Source of the DNA: Octopus vulgaris
Taxonomy: Eukaryota
Reading direction: 5' to 3'
Assembly (NCBI GenBank): GCA_951406725.2
Contig: OX597816.1
Span: 92,938,001-93,002,000, forward strand
DNA: 64,000 bases
Both the position numbers and the translations under genes were made by a program. The notes beneath the pieces were generated by a model. It worked only from the letters and a program-made list of their open reading frames with translations, ran no database searches and was not told the DNA's origin. This document shows, in pieces, positions 1 through 14,476 of the stretch. Numbering within the stretch: position 1 is the stretch's first letter; the number at the start of each line of letters is the position of its first letter.

Positions 1-49
1 ACTAACAGGGACCGTAATTGTCCGAAAAATGCCAACCGAGAATTCTTCA

Positions 50-98
50 GACTGACACATCTGTTTCGGCAATTTCCTTTACCATCATCAGTAAAGCC
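50..98 (-). ncRNA. Type I hammerhead ribozyme motif (probable PLE terminus)
   Basis: Minus strand reads ggct-tta-CTGATGA-t-ggtaa-aggaaa-ttgcc-GAA-aca-gatg-tgt-C^agtc. The core is canonical, stems II and III pair and the triplet is GUC. Stem I pairs only with a 3-nt bulge. Confidence 0.6.
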
Positions 99-577
99 AG
101 CTCGGTGTTCGGCTGTTTCCGGACCTGCTTCTCTATTAGTATATATGTCTTCGTTATCCAACTTAATAGATGATTTAGTGATTTGCTAATATGTATACAC
201 AAAATTAATATAAATAGCAGGCTGCAATGTTTCACCAAAAAGGAGAATTATAAGTGTCACTAAATGTGACTAAGGTGTTAAAAAGCACCTACATTGCTAC
301 ACACACACGCACATATATACATACATATGTGTGCGTGTGTGTATGTGTGTGCACGCGCGCGTGTTTGTAAACTGGTGTTTAAAGTATCATGTACTTCTTG
401 GAAAGTTGGATAAAATGTCAGTGAAGGAGAACAGCAAAATGAGACCCACACAGAACGTCATTAATTGCCATGTTGACCCTTAGTGTTACACATTACTGAC
501 CAACAACTAAAAGGAAATGTATCAAGAAAACCAGTGTTAATGTTAGTGCGATAAAACTATTTTTACTTTATTTTTTT

Positions 578-965
578 ATATTCTTTTGCTTGTTTTAATC
601 ATTTGGCTGCGGCCTTGCTGGAGCATAGCCTTGAAGGGTTTTAGCTGAACAAATCGACCCAAGGACTTTTTTAAGCGTGGTGCTTATTCTTTCTGTCTCT
701 CTTGACGAACCGCAAAGTTACAAAGACGTAAACACACCAACACCGGTTGTCAAGCAGTGATGGGGGACAAACACACACACATACACACACACATACACAC
801 ACATATACGACGCGCTTCTTTCAGTTTCCGTCTACCAAATACACTTCCAAGGCTTTGGTCCGCCCGAGGCTGTAGTAGAAGACACTTGTGCAAGGTGCTA
901 CGCAATGAGATTGAACCCGGAAGCATGTGGCTCGAAGCAAGCTTCTTACCACACAGCCACGCATG
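578..965 (-). mobile_element. tRNA-head SINE, family A
   Basis: Same head (tggctgtgtggtaag...ggttcaatc), central CA/TA microsatellite and tail (gctccagca..ggccgcagccaaatga) as the copies at 15200, 25866, 32691 and 57237. Confidence 0.8.
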
Positions 966-2395
966 TTTTGATAAAAAGGAGGATATTTCTTTTACGCGTT
1001 AAGCATAATTTCAAGATTTTACTAAAATATAAATTTATATAAGTAGGTTCTGCTGTTATATCGGTTTGGAACATTAGAAAAAAAGCGTTTTCTTGGTTTT
1101 TATAACCAGACCTTGCATATTGCCTCTTAGAAACAAATGGATTATTTCACTTTGTGAAGGAACGAGTGATAATACCAATGAATAGGGTTGAGAGATATGT
1201 TCAATTTCAGACAGTGTTTACTTTTAACTCTGTATGTCTTACTAAAATATTAATCAATCAGACATTCAAAATCGCCTGAATTATACCTAATTTAACGCCT
1301 CCAGAAACATTCAAAGTAATACTTTCAATATCAAAAGAACTGTTTACTAAGTATTCTCCAGAAAAATATAATTTAGGCTCATTAATTATAATTAATTATT
1401 AATTTTCGTTTTATCTCCAAGTAAAAAGTAGAAAGGTCAAGGCATCCAAATTAAATCACAACCGATGATCATATTGCAGGGGAACATTACGCTCAAAATA
1501 TTCAGAATTTTTCTGGATACCCTTCATTGTTTAAGTCGTCAAGATAATAATATTCGAGGCATTAAACTAAAACTTTTTGCATTTCATTTAACAGTTTAAA
1601 GAGTCTCCTTTATTCCATTCATGATGGAGACAACGTAGGGTATAGGAATTTAGAATGGTTTGCCATGTCATGGACATATTGAACTCTCTAGTGTATATTC
1701 CATGATAAAATGCAATCAGGGCATTCTGCAATGTGATTTGGAGCTCATGAGATAGACGTGGCCTCTAAGTCGTTTAAGAGGACAGTATTTTCTTAACAAA
1801 AAACCGATTGGGACTGTGACAACCTGTCCAGTCCATGCCACCATGGAAAGCAGATCTAATGTGATGATGATAAAAATGGATGATTTTGCGAACGAAAGCC
1901 TTCGATTGTGGCTAATGAGTGAGATTAAACATATCTTGAGTCCGAATACTTGGTTCGTGAAAGTACGTATTCTTCAGTCAATTGTCATTCCTATATATTT
2001 AGTTAGAGAAAATTTTATTTTACTTAACCTTAGTACAGAATTCACTGAATGCTAACAGAACAATTTATTTAAAAAATGGTTTCATTGTTTTCTTTTTTTT
2101 TTTTCAGATATGGTTTTAAATTCTCTTCAGTTGTGTTTTGCATACGATTCGTTCAGATTTAAGCAATTATTACAGCTGCTATTAATGTTTGGATATATAT
2201 TTGTACAGAATAGAGTTTTTTATATTTTCATTAACTAACCTAACCTAACCTAATTTTCAATTTGTGGTATGTTAGGTTAGATAAGGTTAGGTTACATTAA
2301 TTTATGCGTAAAAGTATACGTTATGTGCAAAAGTATGCATCTCAGTAAGATAATTTCAGTAGGATTTTTAGCCAAATTATATATAAATAAATAAG

Positions 2396-2755
<360 letters not shown>

Positions 2756-2847
2756 ATGTAAACTCACCCATGTGCTTCGTTGATGTTGATCAGTTAGCTG
2801 ATCGACTTAAGCGGGGCAGGGTCGTTTGTTTATGTATGATACATTCA

Positions 2848-2893
2848 GGCCTGCTGATGAGTACGTAAGTATGAAATCACTGTGATACAGGTC
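2848..2893 (+). ncRNA. Type I hammerhead ribozyme, canonical core
   Basis: ggcctg-CTGATGA-gtac-GTAA-gtat-GAA-atca-ctg-tgat-A^caggtc. All three stems pair, loop II is a GNRA tetraloop, and cleavage is predicted after A2887. Confidence 0.85.
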
Positions 2894-3134
2894 TATATTT
2901 TTAAATGTCTTACTTTGAAAAATTGCACTCGGTGGGATTAGTAATATTTTTGGTAGAAATGACTAATTGTCCCTCTTAGCGTGTGGCATGTATGTATAAT
3001 GCCCTCTATATATAAATTAATATGTTCAATAAGAAATAATTATTTTCGAAATTTATTCTCTTATGAGGTTTTCACGCTATCTACCTGACAATTTCTTGTT
3101 AAGTTTTCCTTATTAAGTAGTTGTCCTTAATTGT

Positions 3135-4594
<1,460 letters not shown>

Positions 4595-5039
4595 GGTTCC
4601 GTTTTCAGCAGAGAAAGACGTGATTGCCTTTGCTCTGTGAAAAAGTCTGCATAGAACGGCGAAATAACCCACTGTAGTTGCAAAACGTAAAACTCTAAGT
4701 CATAGACATCACTACAACACTTTGGTTAAAAATATTTTAAAAAATATATATATAAATATATACATATACACAGTAATTTTCATTTTCGCCGAAACGCACA
4801 TGGTGCAAAAATAACTGAATCAAGTTATCTCCTGCAAGAAAGAAAAAAGAAGCATCTCTCCCGAAAAAAATCCCGTAAACCAAAAAAAAATTATCCAGAC
4901 CACATTGTTGGATTAAGTATCAATTTCATCTATTTCATATTTTATTTATTATTCTATTTTATCTTTCACTTAGGCCCACATCTTAGTTAAAGTTGCGATC
5001 GTCATTTGGTTTGTTTACATTTTCAATAACTGTTCTCGA

Positions 5040-6170
5040 TATAATAATTTTCCAGATACTCTATCTTCTAATTAGCCTTAAGATTAAATTAAATAACGTT
5101 TAATATTGATACCGTCAAATTAGCCTTAGGATTAAATTAAATAACGTTTAATATAGTTTAATATTGTTAATAATTATTGTTAATTAGCCTTAAGATTAAA
5201 TTAAATAACGTTTAATATTGTTTTAATATTGTTAATAATTTTTCAGATACTCTATCTTCTAATTAGCCTTAAGATTAAATTAAATAACGTTTAATATTAA
5301 TAACGTCTAATTAGCCTTAGGATTAAATTAAATAACGTTTAATATTGTTAATAATTATTGTTAATTAGCCTTAGGATTAAATTAAATAACGTTTAATATT
5401 GTTAATAATTATTATTAATTAGCCTTAGGATTAAATTAAATAACGTTTAATATTGTTTAATATTGTTAATAATTATTGTTAATTAGCCTTAAGATTAAAT
5501 TAAATAACGTTTAATATTGTTTTAATATTGTTAATACTTCTTCAGATACTCTATCTTCTAATTAGCCTTAAGATTAAATTAAATAACCTTTAATATTACC
5601 CACACTCTAATATAATATTAACATTGCTAATATATTTTCAGATACTCTATCTCCTGATTAGCCTTAAGATTAAATAACGTTTTTATCCACACTCTAATAT
5701 AATATTAATATTGCTAATATATTTTCAGATACTCTATCTTCTAATTAGCCTTAAGATTAAATTAAATAACGTTTAATATTAATAACGTCTAATTAGCCTT
5801 AAGATTAAATTAAATAACGGTTAATATTGCTTAATATTGTATATATAATTTTTCAGATACTCTGTCTTCTAATTAGCCTTAAGATTAAATTAAATAACGT
5901 TTAATATTACCCACACTCTAATATAATATTAATATTGCTAATATATTTTCAGATACTCTATCTCCAAATTAGCCTTAAGATTAAATAACGTTTTTTTACC
6001 CACACTCTAATATAATATTAATATTGCTAATATATTTTCAGATACTCTATCTCCTAATTTAGCCTTAAGATTAAATAACGTTTTTACCCAAATAACGTTT
6101 TTACACAAACTTTAATATTGTTAATATTTCTTTTTCAAGTACTCTATCTTCTAATTAGCCTTAATATCTT
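5040..6170 (+). repeat. Modular tandem array in the LINE 5'UTR
   Basis: About 16 copies of aattagcctta(a/g)gattaaattaaataacgtttaatatt, interleaved with a few recurring linker modules. Confidence 0.9.
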
Positions 6171-6225
6171 CCTGTCTTCTCTCGAACATAATTAGATAGA
6201 TAAACGGATAGACGGATTATCCAGC

Positions 6226-7137
6226 ATGTCCAGAGCATGGAGACGTGACGAGCTGGATTTATTCGTACGAGCATGGGAGTGCGCCGGCGGAGATAGCCCT
6301 AGCGAGGTGATTGCGGCTGCGCTGAAGAGCAGAGGCTACAAGAGGACAGCGGCTCAGATGGAGCGAAAGAGACAGGAATTCGTGCGCTCATATGCGCTTG
6401 TACGGTCGCACATTGGCGCACTTGATGCCATCTTTGAGAACGAGCGGGGCAAAGATGGCAAGAATGGAGACGATGAAAGAAGTCACCCCCACCTGGTGGA
6501 CGCCCAGGAGGAGGTTTTGAATGAGAAACCTGCCCGGGAAGTGAACCCAGGTGCAAGTTCTCCAACCGGCAGCAAGGGCCATGGAGACGGAGAACCCGGT
6601 GAAGAGGTAGAGGGAGGAAGAAGAACTAAAAGAAGGACTGGAAGAGCTAAAGGAAAAGAAAAAGCTCAAGCAGGACAAAAGAGTGAAACAACCAGGAGTA
6701 GAAGTGGAACCGCAAAGGATGGAACCAAACAGCGCACACGGGTGTGTATGTTCTACCTGAGAGGTTCCTGCTGGCACGGAAAGGAAGGTGCAGGCTGCCG
6801 CTTTGCACATCGGGGACCCTGCCACAGAGACACGAGGCAGATGGACAAACCATCAACACAAAGAAAAGGGATGGACTACGCACCACCTGCCCCAAAGCGG
6901 AGGTACGCAGATGTTGTGCGCGCCACAAACAGCCAACATGATGTTGTCGAAAGAGCAGCTGCTGAGCAACAATCTTTTTTGTGCATGGCACAAAAGATTG
7001 TACAGCAGCTGACCTGGCTTCATCAAACCCAAGCCCGCAGGTGGGACTACCCACTATATACCAGACCACCACAGCAAACAGACACAGGATGGACACCGCC
7101 GGCAACAACGTACACCTCACCTCGATACTCCTACTGA
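6226..7137 (+). CDS. LINE ORF1: N-terminal Myb/SANT(trihelix)-like domain, basic low-complexity linker, CCCH zinc finger
   Basis: 303 aa from an ATG. W..DE..LF..W...I...L..RGY.RT..Q..RK....Y fits the Myb/SANT-like pattern. CMFYLRGSCWHGKEGAGCRFAH (C-x7-C-x8-C-x3-H) lies at 6745-6810. Confidence 0.8.
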   Translation: MSRAWRRDELDLFVRAWECAGGDSPSEVIAAALKSRGYKRTAAQMERKRQEFVRSYALVRSHIGALDAIFENERGKDGKNGDDERSHPHLVDAQEEVLNEKPAREVNPGASSPTGSKGHGDGEPGEEVEGGRRTKRRTGRAKGKEKAQAGQKSETTRSRSGTAKDGTKQRTRVCMFYLRGSCWHGKEGAGCRFAHRGPCHRDTRQMDKPSTQRKGMDYAPPAPKRRYADVVRATNSQHDVVERAAAEQQSFLCMAQKIVQQLTWLHQTQARRWDYPLYTRPPQQTDTGWTPPATTYTSPRYSY

Positions 7138-10085
7138 ACATCAGAGGACTGCAAACACTCAGTAACAGGACAAAGATCCCGTTCCTGAGAGACTTTGTTG
7201 CATGCAATCAAGCCTTATGCATAGCACTTACAGAAACGCACCTGAAACCGGACATAGCAGATGCGGAGTTACACATACCACAGTATGCTGTACTACGGAC
7301 CGACAGGAAAGAAAGGAGTCATGGAGGTGTTGCTATGTACATCCGTGAGGACCTCACACCCCAGGTCCTCTTGTCATACTCAAACTCGGTGTGTGACACA
7401 CTAATTGTACATATTAGGCAACTTGATGTAGTTGTGTGTGCTACATATCGCCCTCCAGATGCCCCAAGCCATGTGGGCAAGTTCGAAGACTGCCTTATAA
7501 AAATAGAAGAAATTCTAACCACATTAGAACAACACATATGTGTGCTTCTTATGGGAGACTTCAATCTGCCCAATGTCAGATGGCCCGAGGGCCTTTCTCT
7601 CCCAGGAATGACAAGATGTGAACGAGGACAGGCGAGGTCCCTCCTGAACCTCATCAACACCCTGTACATGGAGCAGGTAATACTCCAACCAACCAGGGCA
7701 GGTAACACACTGGATCTCTGCTTCACAAATGACATGGATCTCATCCATAATGTGAAAGTGACACCGACACTACTCTCGGATCACAACATGATAGAGCTGA
7801 CCATGTACGGGCCAAAAGAGAGCACGGACATGCAGCCTACAAGAAACCCTCAAAATCTTTCCAGCTTGAACTACCATAAGGCAAACTGGAAACAAATTGA
7901 GAAAGAGATCCTCAAACAAAACTGGCCTGAATGTCTCTCCTCGCCAGACATCGATGTGAAACTTCAACAATTCATGTCTGTAATGCAAGCCATATGCTAC
8001 AAATGTGTCCCAGAGAGAAAGGCCACTGTACACAAGAACAAAATCCCCAGAGAGAGGAAAATTTTAATGAGACGGCGTACGAAATTTTCAAATCGCCTAA
8101 ACAAACAGATTGAAAGCAGTGAAAAGTCCCGCCTAAAAATAAAACTGTTGGAAATCGAAAAATGTCTGCAACTCTCCCATGAAAAAGAAAGAGCAGACAA
8201 AGAAGCCTGGGCTATAGAAAACATAAAATCTAACCCCAGAGCTTTCTACAGGTATGCCAAAGAAACAGCTACAGTGCACTGTAGAATAGGGCCACTCCTT
8301 GAAAAGGATGGCACACTTACAGGAAAACCAATGAGGGTAAGTGAAATACTGAATGAGCAATTCAAGAGTGTTTTCACTCCACCCCTTGGGCATCTCCAAA
8401 TCACCAATCCAACTGACTTTTTTACCACTGCAGATATAAAATCAGAGGCGGCGACGATAGATTACATCGATATAAAGGAAGTCGATGTAACCAAGGCTAT
8501 AGATGAAATGAAAACAGACTCAGCTACTGGCCCCGATGGATTCCCGGCAATCCTCCTAAAAGCATGTAAGAGAGTCCTAGCAAGACCACTGCAGTTCCTC
8601 TTTCAGAGCTTCCTTGCAGCTGGCAAACTTCCAGGAAAACTGAAGGAAGGTAAAATATGCCCCATTCATAAAGGAGGTAGCAGAGCGGAAGCCAAGAACT
8701 ATAGACCTATCTCTCTGACCTCACACATCAGCAAGGTCATGGAACGAATAGTCAGAAGGAAGCTGACCACCTTCCTTGAAGAGAATGACCTGCTGCCCGA
8801 CACCCAACATGGTTTCCGACCAGGGAGAAGCTGTTTAACTCAGCTCCTACAACACTATGACTGGGTGCTGAAACGGCTGCTCAACCACTCAAATGTGGAA
8901 GTGATATATCTCGACTTTGCAAAGGCCTTTGATAAAGTCGATCATGGAATGATATGTCACAAACTGCGTGATCTCAACATAGTTGGAAAACTGGGAGAAT
9001 GGCTTCATGACTTTCTGAAGGATAGAAGTCAGGTGGTAGTAGCCAATGGGGCCACCTCCATTAACACACAAATAGTGAGCGGTGTTCCGCAGGGCACTGT
9101 TCTGGGACCACTACTGTTCATAATGGCCCTCTCAGACATGCCCTCAGCCACGCAGAGAGCCACGATCACAAGTTATGCAGATGATACAAAAGTCTCACAG
9201 GCAATACAGAACCCTGAGGACACTAAACACCTGCAATGTGAGCTGGACGAAATATACAAGTGGGCTGAAAAGAATAGCATGCAGTTCAATGCTGGAAAGT
9301 TTCAAGCTTTATACTATCAGCATGCAAAACTGAATGCAATACCCAATGAATACACTGGACCCGGAGGGATTGCAATCCCAGAGGCACAATCAGTGCGTGA
9401 CCTTGGTATTCACATGAGTGATGACGCGACCTTTCATGTACATGTTGCTAAACTGACAATGAAATGTAGACGGCTGGCTGGATGGATTCTTAGAACCTTT
9501 AGAACAAGAGAACAAGAAACCATGATGGTCCTCTGGAAGACACTTGTCCTAAGCCACTTTGACTATTGCTCTCAGCTATGGTCACCATCCAGTGTCAAGT
9601 TGATCACAGAACTTGAGGCGATCCAACGAAGCTACACAAAGAAGATAGCCTCTATGCAGAATGTAAGCTACTGGGAAAGACTCAAGAGATTAAAATTATA
9701 TTCCCTGGAGCGTAGGCGGGAAAGATATGCCATAATATACATCTGGAAGATCCTGGAGGGAAGTGTCCTGAACTTTGGCATCGAGAGTTACGCAAATGCC
9801 AGAACTGGGCGCCACTGCGTGGTGCCTAGGACTCCAAACCTGCCATCAAGATGTAGGACAAGATTCTGTGATAGCCTGGGCTTCCGAGGCCCACAGCTCT
9901 TCAATATCCTCCCGAAGAACCTGAGAGACCTGCATGGGGTGGATACAAATGTCTTTAAAATGAAGCTGGATCTCTTCCTGTCAGGTGTCCCAGATGAACC
10001 AACTTCACGGCAGGAGGGGCAGATGAGGGCAGCTGCATCGAACTCTCTCATGCACCAAATAGCAGTTGCTAGAAAGCCTCCATGA
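6981..10085 (+). CDS. LINE ORF2: apurinic-like endonuclease plus reverse transcriptase (first in-frame ATG at 7089)
   Basis: APE motifs NIRGL, LTETHL, YRPP, GDFNLP, LDL and SDH. RT motifs [42 protein letters not shown] and RDLG. CR1-like C-terminus [15 protein letters not shown], with no C-terminal CCHC. Confidence 0.97.
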   Translation: MHGTKDCTAADLASSNPSPQVGLPTIYQTTTANRHRMDTAGNNVHLTSILLLNIRGLQTLSNRTKIPFLRDFVACNQALCIALTETHLKPDIADAELHIPQYAVLRTDRKERSHGGVAMYIREDLTPQVLLSYSNSVCDTLIVHIRQLDVVVCATYRPPDAPSHVGKFEDCLIKIEEILTTLEQHICVLLMGDFNLPNVRWPEGLSLPGMTRCERGQARSLLNLINTLYMEQVILQPTRAGNTLDLCFTNDMDLIHNVKVTPTLLSDHNMIELTMYGPKESTDMQPTRNPQNLSSLNYHKANWKQIEKEILKQNWPECLSSPDIDVKLQQFMSVMQAICYKCVPERKATVHKNKIPRERKILMRRRTKFSNRLNKQIESSEKSRLKIKLLEIEKCLQLSHEKERADKEAWAIENIKSNPRAFYRYAKETATVHCRIGPLLEKDGTLTGKPMRVSEILNEQFKSVFTPPLGHLQITNPTDFFTTADIKSEAATIDYIDIKEVDVTKAIDEMKTDSATGPDGFPAILLKACKRVLARPLQFLFQSFLAAGKLPGKLKEGKICPIHKGGSRAEAKNYRPISLTSHISKVMERIVRRKLTTFLEENDLLPDTQHGFRPGRSCLTQLLQHYDWVLKRLLNHSNVEVIYLDFAKAFDKVDHGMICHKLRDLNIVGKLGEWLHDFLKDRSQVVVANGATSINTQIVSGVPQGTVLGPLLFIMALSDMPSATQRATITSYADDTKVSQAIQNPEDTKHLQCELDEIYKWAEKNSMQFNAGKFQALYYQHAKLNAIPNEYTGPGGIAIPEAQSVRDLGIHMSDDATFHVHVAKLTMKCRRLAGWILRTFRTREQETMMVLWKTLVLSHFDYCSQLWSPSSVKLITELEAIQRSYTKKIASMQNVSYWERLKRLKLYSLERRRERYAIIYIWKILEGSVLNFGIESYANARTGRHCVVPRTPNLPSRCRTRFCDSLGFRGPQLFNILPKNLRDLHGVDTNVFKMKLDLFLSGVPDEPTSRQEGQMRAAASNSLMHQIAVARKPP

Positions 10086-10182
10086 AGTGAAACCAAGTAG
10101 CAACACCAAATGGCGGTGCCCCAGCATGGCCACAGCTCATAAGCTGAAACTAGAATCAATCAATCAATCAATCAATCAATCA

Positions 10183-11230
<1,048 letters not shown>

Positions 11231-11628
11231 ATGCATGTGTGTTGCTATTAATATAGATAGACAAAGATATTTTATTAAATTAAAACAAAATCTAAGTTAC
11301 AGAACATTGAAAGATTAACGGATGTACACAGAAAGATTGAATTACATAAACTGAAAAACATGAGTCTAATCAAGTTTACTTCTCTGGATTGATGTGATGA
11401 GTTAGCTGCCATCTTTAAAATGTTAAAATAATCCTTATTAATTGATGAATCTATAGATATAAGCGTCACAAAACTAATGTGTATTTGTGCGCAGTAATTT
11501 TTGTATATGCACCAAGAGTCTAAATAGTCTTTTTAGGAATAATTCTTATTATAAGTGTCAAAAATGGAATTGAGAATTGTTATATTTCAAAATGGTCATT
11601 CTTTTTTTTATTACCAAATAAACACCTG

Positions 11629-11849
11629 CACTATATACTAGTTCTTCAATTCAGCTGTATTATTGGTCTTATTTTAGTGTCCTTTGTCTTAAACTTTTCG
11701 TCACACATCCTGTGACCTTCTCAACGAATCTCCTTCCCACGAGTCTCCTCCTGTCCTGTTTAGTCTATGTAATGGACGACAAATTTAAGACAAAGGACAC
11801 TAAAATAAGAACAATAATAAAACTGAATGAAGAACGAGTATATAGTGCG
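11629..11849. mobile_element. Short fold-back element (~75 bp inverted arms) with a U3-A8 hammerhead-like motif
   Basis: gcactatatactagttcttca...cttttcgtc is inverted to gacgacaaatttaagac...gagtatatagtgc. Minus strand 11691-11724 reads TTGAGAA-g-gtcac-aggatgt-gtgac-GAAA. Confidence 0.6.
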
Positions 11850-13894
11850 CGTATTTATTTAGCAAAAAAATTTACCATCCCAAAATATATTAATATTTGC
11901 TTTTCAACGCAGGAATCTTGTTAAACAAATACATAAAAGTAAGAATTGAAATTATTTTGAGCAGCAACAGTTTTGATATAAATAATTAGTGCGAAACATA
12001 GTGTAGTGTCTTGAAGATTCAAAAATATGGACTCGAATATTAAATTTGCTAAATCTATATGACAGTGCTTGGTGTTGGGTTGCTTAAAGGTGTGTATTTG
12101 CCTGGCTTCTAATCTAACTTACCTGATATGAGAAATTGCAAATTGGTTTAGCGTTAATACCCTTCTTAGAGATGATTACAAGAAAATTTTTCAGTCATGA
12201 ATGATGTAAATACATGTTCCTTAAAATTTGTCACCCCGTTTGTTGATTAGTAGGAATTATATGAAAATTGTCATGTGACAATAGGAGGATCTCGGAAAGA
12301 AACGGAAAATAGCGTTCTCTGAAGATAATATACTCAAAGGAAATTTGTCTAAATGAAATACTTCAAGATGAAGCCATTAAATTTATTATCATTTTGCTTG
12401 TCCCGTTTATATTGAATTTCAAATTAGTAAATCCAGTTTTAAAAGCTTTAAATCACAACCTTAGTAGATTATTTAAAAAACTTGGAGAGTTGAATTTTAC
12501 ACTACAAAATGTATTAGAGTTTTCTTGTATAGAGAAGCCCAAGCTATATAGAGCATCAAGAAAGTTTCAAAAATATATTTAATCTAGAAAAGGAGGTGAT
12601 TATTAGAAGCAACAATATAAAGTGAAGCAGTGAAATATCATGAAGTTTTGAGGCATATCATTGATGTTCTTTTTTTGCTGTGTAAGAAAAGTAGTATTTA
12701 GTAATTCGTCGCACCAAATCGAGGAGCAAAACAATGGAAACTTCAAAATTGGATCCTATTCTCCAAGTACATGTGCTATGAGTAGAAAGATACCAGAAAG
12801 GGACAACCACCTTCAGTTTTACTGCATATATTTTAGATCATAGAAGAAAAGTTTCATAAGATTTTAACTTTGTGAAGGAATACAATTTACTTGAAAAGAA
12901 ACCTTAAATTTTGGCATTATTATGAATGCAACTTCTACTGACTCCTCGTATGTTGAGCGGACAGTATTTCTCTTACGTTAATTTAAAGGATAGTTGGTTT
13001 AAGGTACAAAAATCATTCTCAAGTTCTCAGGCTGCAACAATAAACTTGGAGAATAATTATTCATAGACACCTTGGAATACTGAATTAATCTTTGGGGCCA
13101 CTGCAGGGCAGTGCAAACTACCAATATGATGACACTATACAATAGATTGCGCCCAAGGCGAAAATACTAAAGCAATTTTCAGTGGTAATCTCTCTCCATG
13201 TGGATGCCATGCACTCTATGTGGAATAAATACAGGTGAGTGTATACTAGAATCCTAATATAATATAGAACAGTTCAAAAAATTTATATATTGTTAAGTTT
13301 CACCCATAATTGGAGAAACTTAAAAATCACATACGTTTTTCATTACACAGTATGCCATATATGCGTAGGTCTACCAGACTTGAAATTATCAAACTTTTTG
13401 AATCTTTCTTTACTGATGTTTAGTTAGCCAAGATAGGGAAGAGAGTGAATATAGTATTTGTATATATAAAATGATTTGTTTGTAAGTCTATGTTGGGTGA
13501 TTCGGTATAAACTATTAGGTCCTACGGATATTTCAACGAGTTCAGTATAACCAGAGAGTCCACATTGGCTGTACATGTATCTAAAATTGGAACAGTTCTT
13601 GAAAATTTGATAAATCTATTAAACTGCTAGGAAAGTAACTAGGATAAAACCAAAGAGTCGAAAGAGAGGAGTTGTTAACCTGATGGAAATAACTGGTGCT
13701 GATAATTTGCCAGAAGAGGCTAGCCTCAGAAAATCTGTATTATACATTTTCATTGATAATATTGTTGCAGATTAATTGTATACTTTAATGTTGTTAAGCG
13801 AATGACTGAAAAATTTAATTCAAGTGAGTGGGGATGACGAATAGCTTACAATGCCTAAAGGTGAGTCGGAGAAAATAAAGAAAGACTTAGCAAA

Positions 13895-14476
13895 TTATTT
13901 TCTACTCTAGGCACAAGGCCTGAAATTTTGGGGGAGGGAGCCAGTCGATTAGATCTACTCCAGTACACAACTGGTACTAAATTTATCGATCCCGAAAGGA
14001 TGAAAGGCAAAGTGGACTTCGGCGGAATTTGAACTCAGGAAGTAAAGACAGACAGAATACCTATTTCTTTACTACCCACAAGGGGCTAAACACAGAGAGG
14101 ACAAACAAGGAGAGACAAACGGATTAAGTCGATCATATCGACCCCAGTGCGTAACTGGTACTTATTTAATCGACCCCAAAAGGATGAAAGGCAAAGTCGA
14201 CCACGGCGAAATTTGAACTCAGACGTAACGGCCGACGAAATAGCTGTTTCTTTATTACCCGCAAGGGGCCAAACATAGAGGGGACAAACAAGGACAGACA
14301 AACGGATTAAGTCGATTACATTGACCCCAGTGCGTAACTGGTACTTAATTTATCGACCCCGAAAGGATGAAAGGCAAAGTCGACCTCGGTGGAATTTGAA
14401 CTAAGAGCGTAACGGCAGACGAAATACGGCTACGCATTTTGCCCGGCGTGCTAATGTTTTTGCCAGCTCGCCGCCT
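13895..14476 (-). mobile_element. SINE family B with a triplicated internal unit
   Basis: Minus head ggcggcgagctggca..ttagcacgccggg. The ~185 bp unit containing gttcaaattcc..gtcgactttgcctttcatcctttcggg occurs three times. Confidence 0.75.

Larger units (their letters stand above)
4595..10181 (+). mobile_element. Apparently full-length, intact non-LTR retrotransposon (CR1-group LINE)
   Basis: Starts abruptly after (TA)n. It has a 1.6 kb 5'UTR, ORF1, an uninterrupted APE-RT ORF2, a short 3'UTR and an (AATC)n tail at 10154-10181, after which (TA)n resumes. Confidence 0.92.

Noticed and set aside
2236-2294. Inverted (TAACC)3 / (TTAGG)n as an interstitial telomere
   Set aside because: Only 3-4 imperfect units; more likely an internal motif of a decayed transposon.
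5040-6170. CRISPR-like look of repeat-plus-spacer units
   Set aside because: The spacers are themselves recurring modules of variable length, there are no cas genes, and the context is a eukaryotic LINE 5'UTR.
6299-10159. Antisense and alternative-frame ORFs within the LINE
   Set aside because: They are shadows of the GC-richer coding sequence with no recognisable domains.
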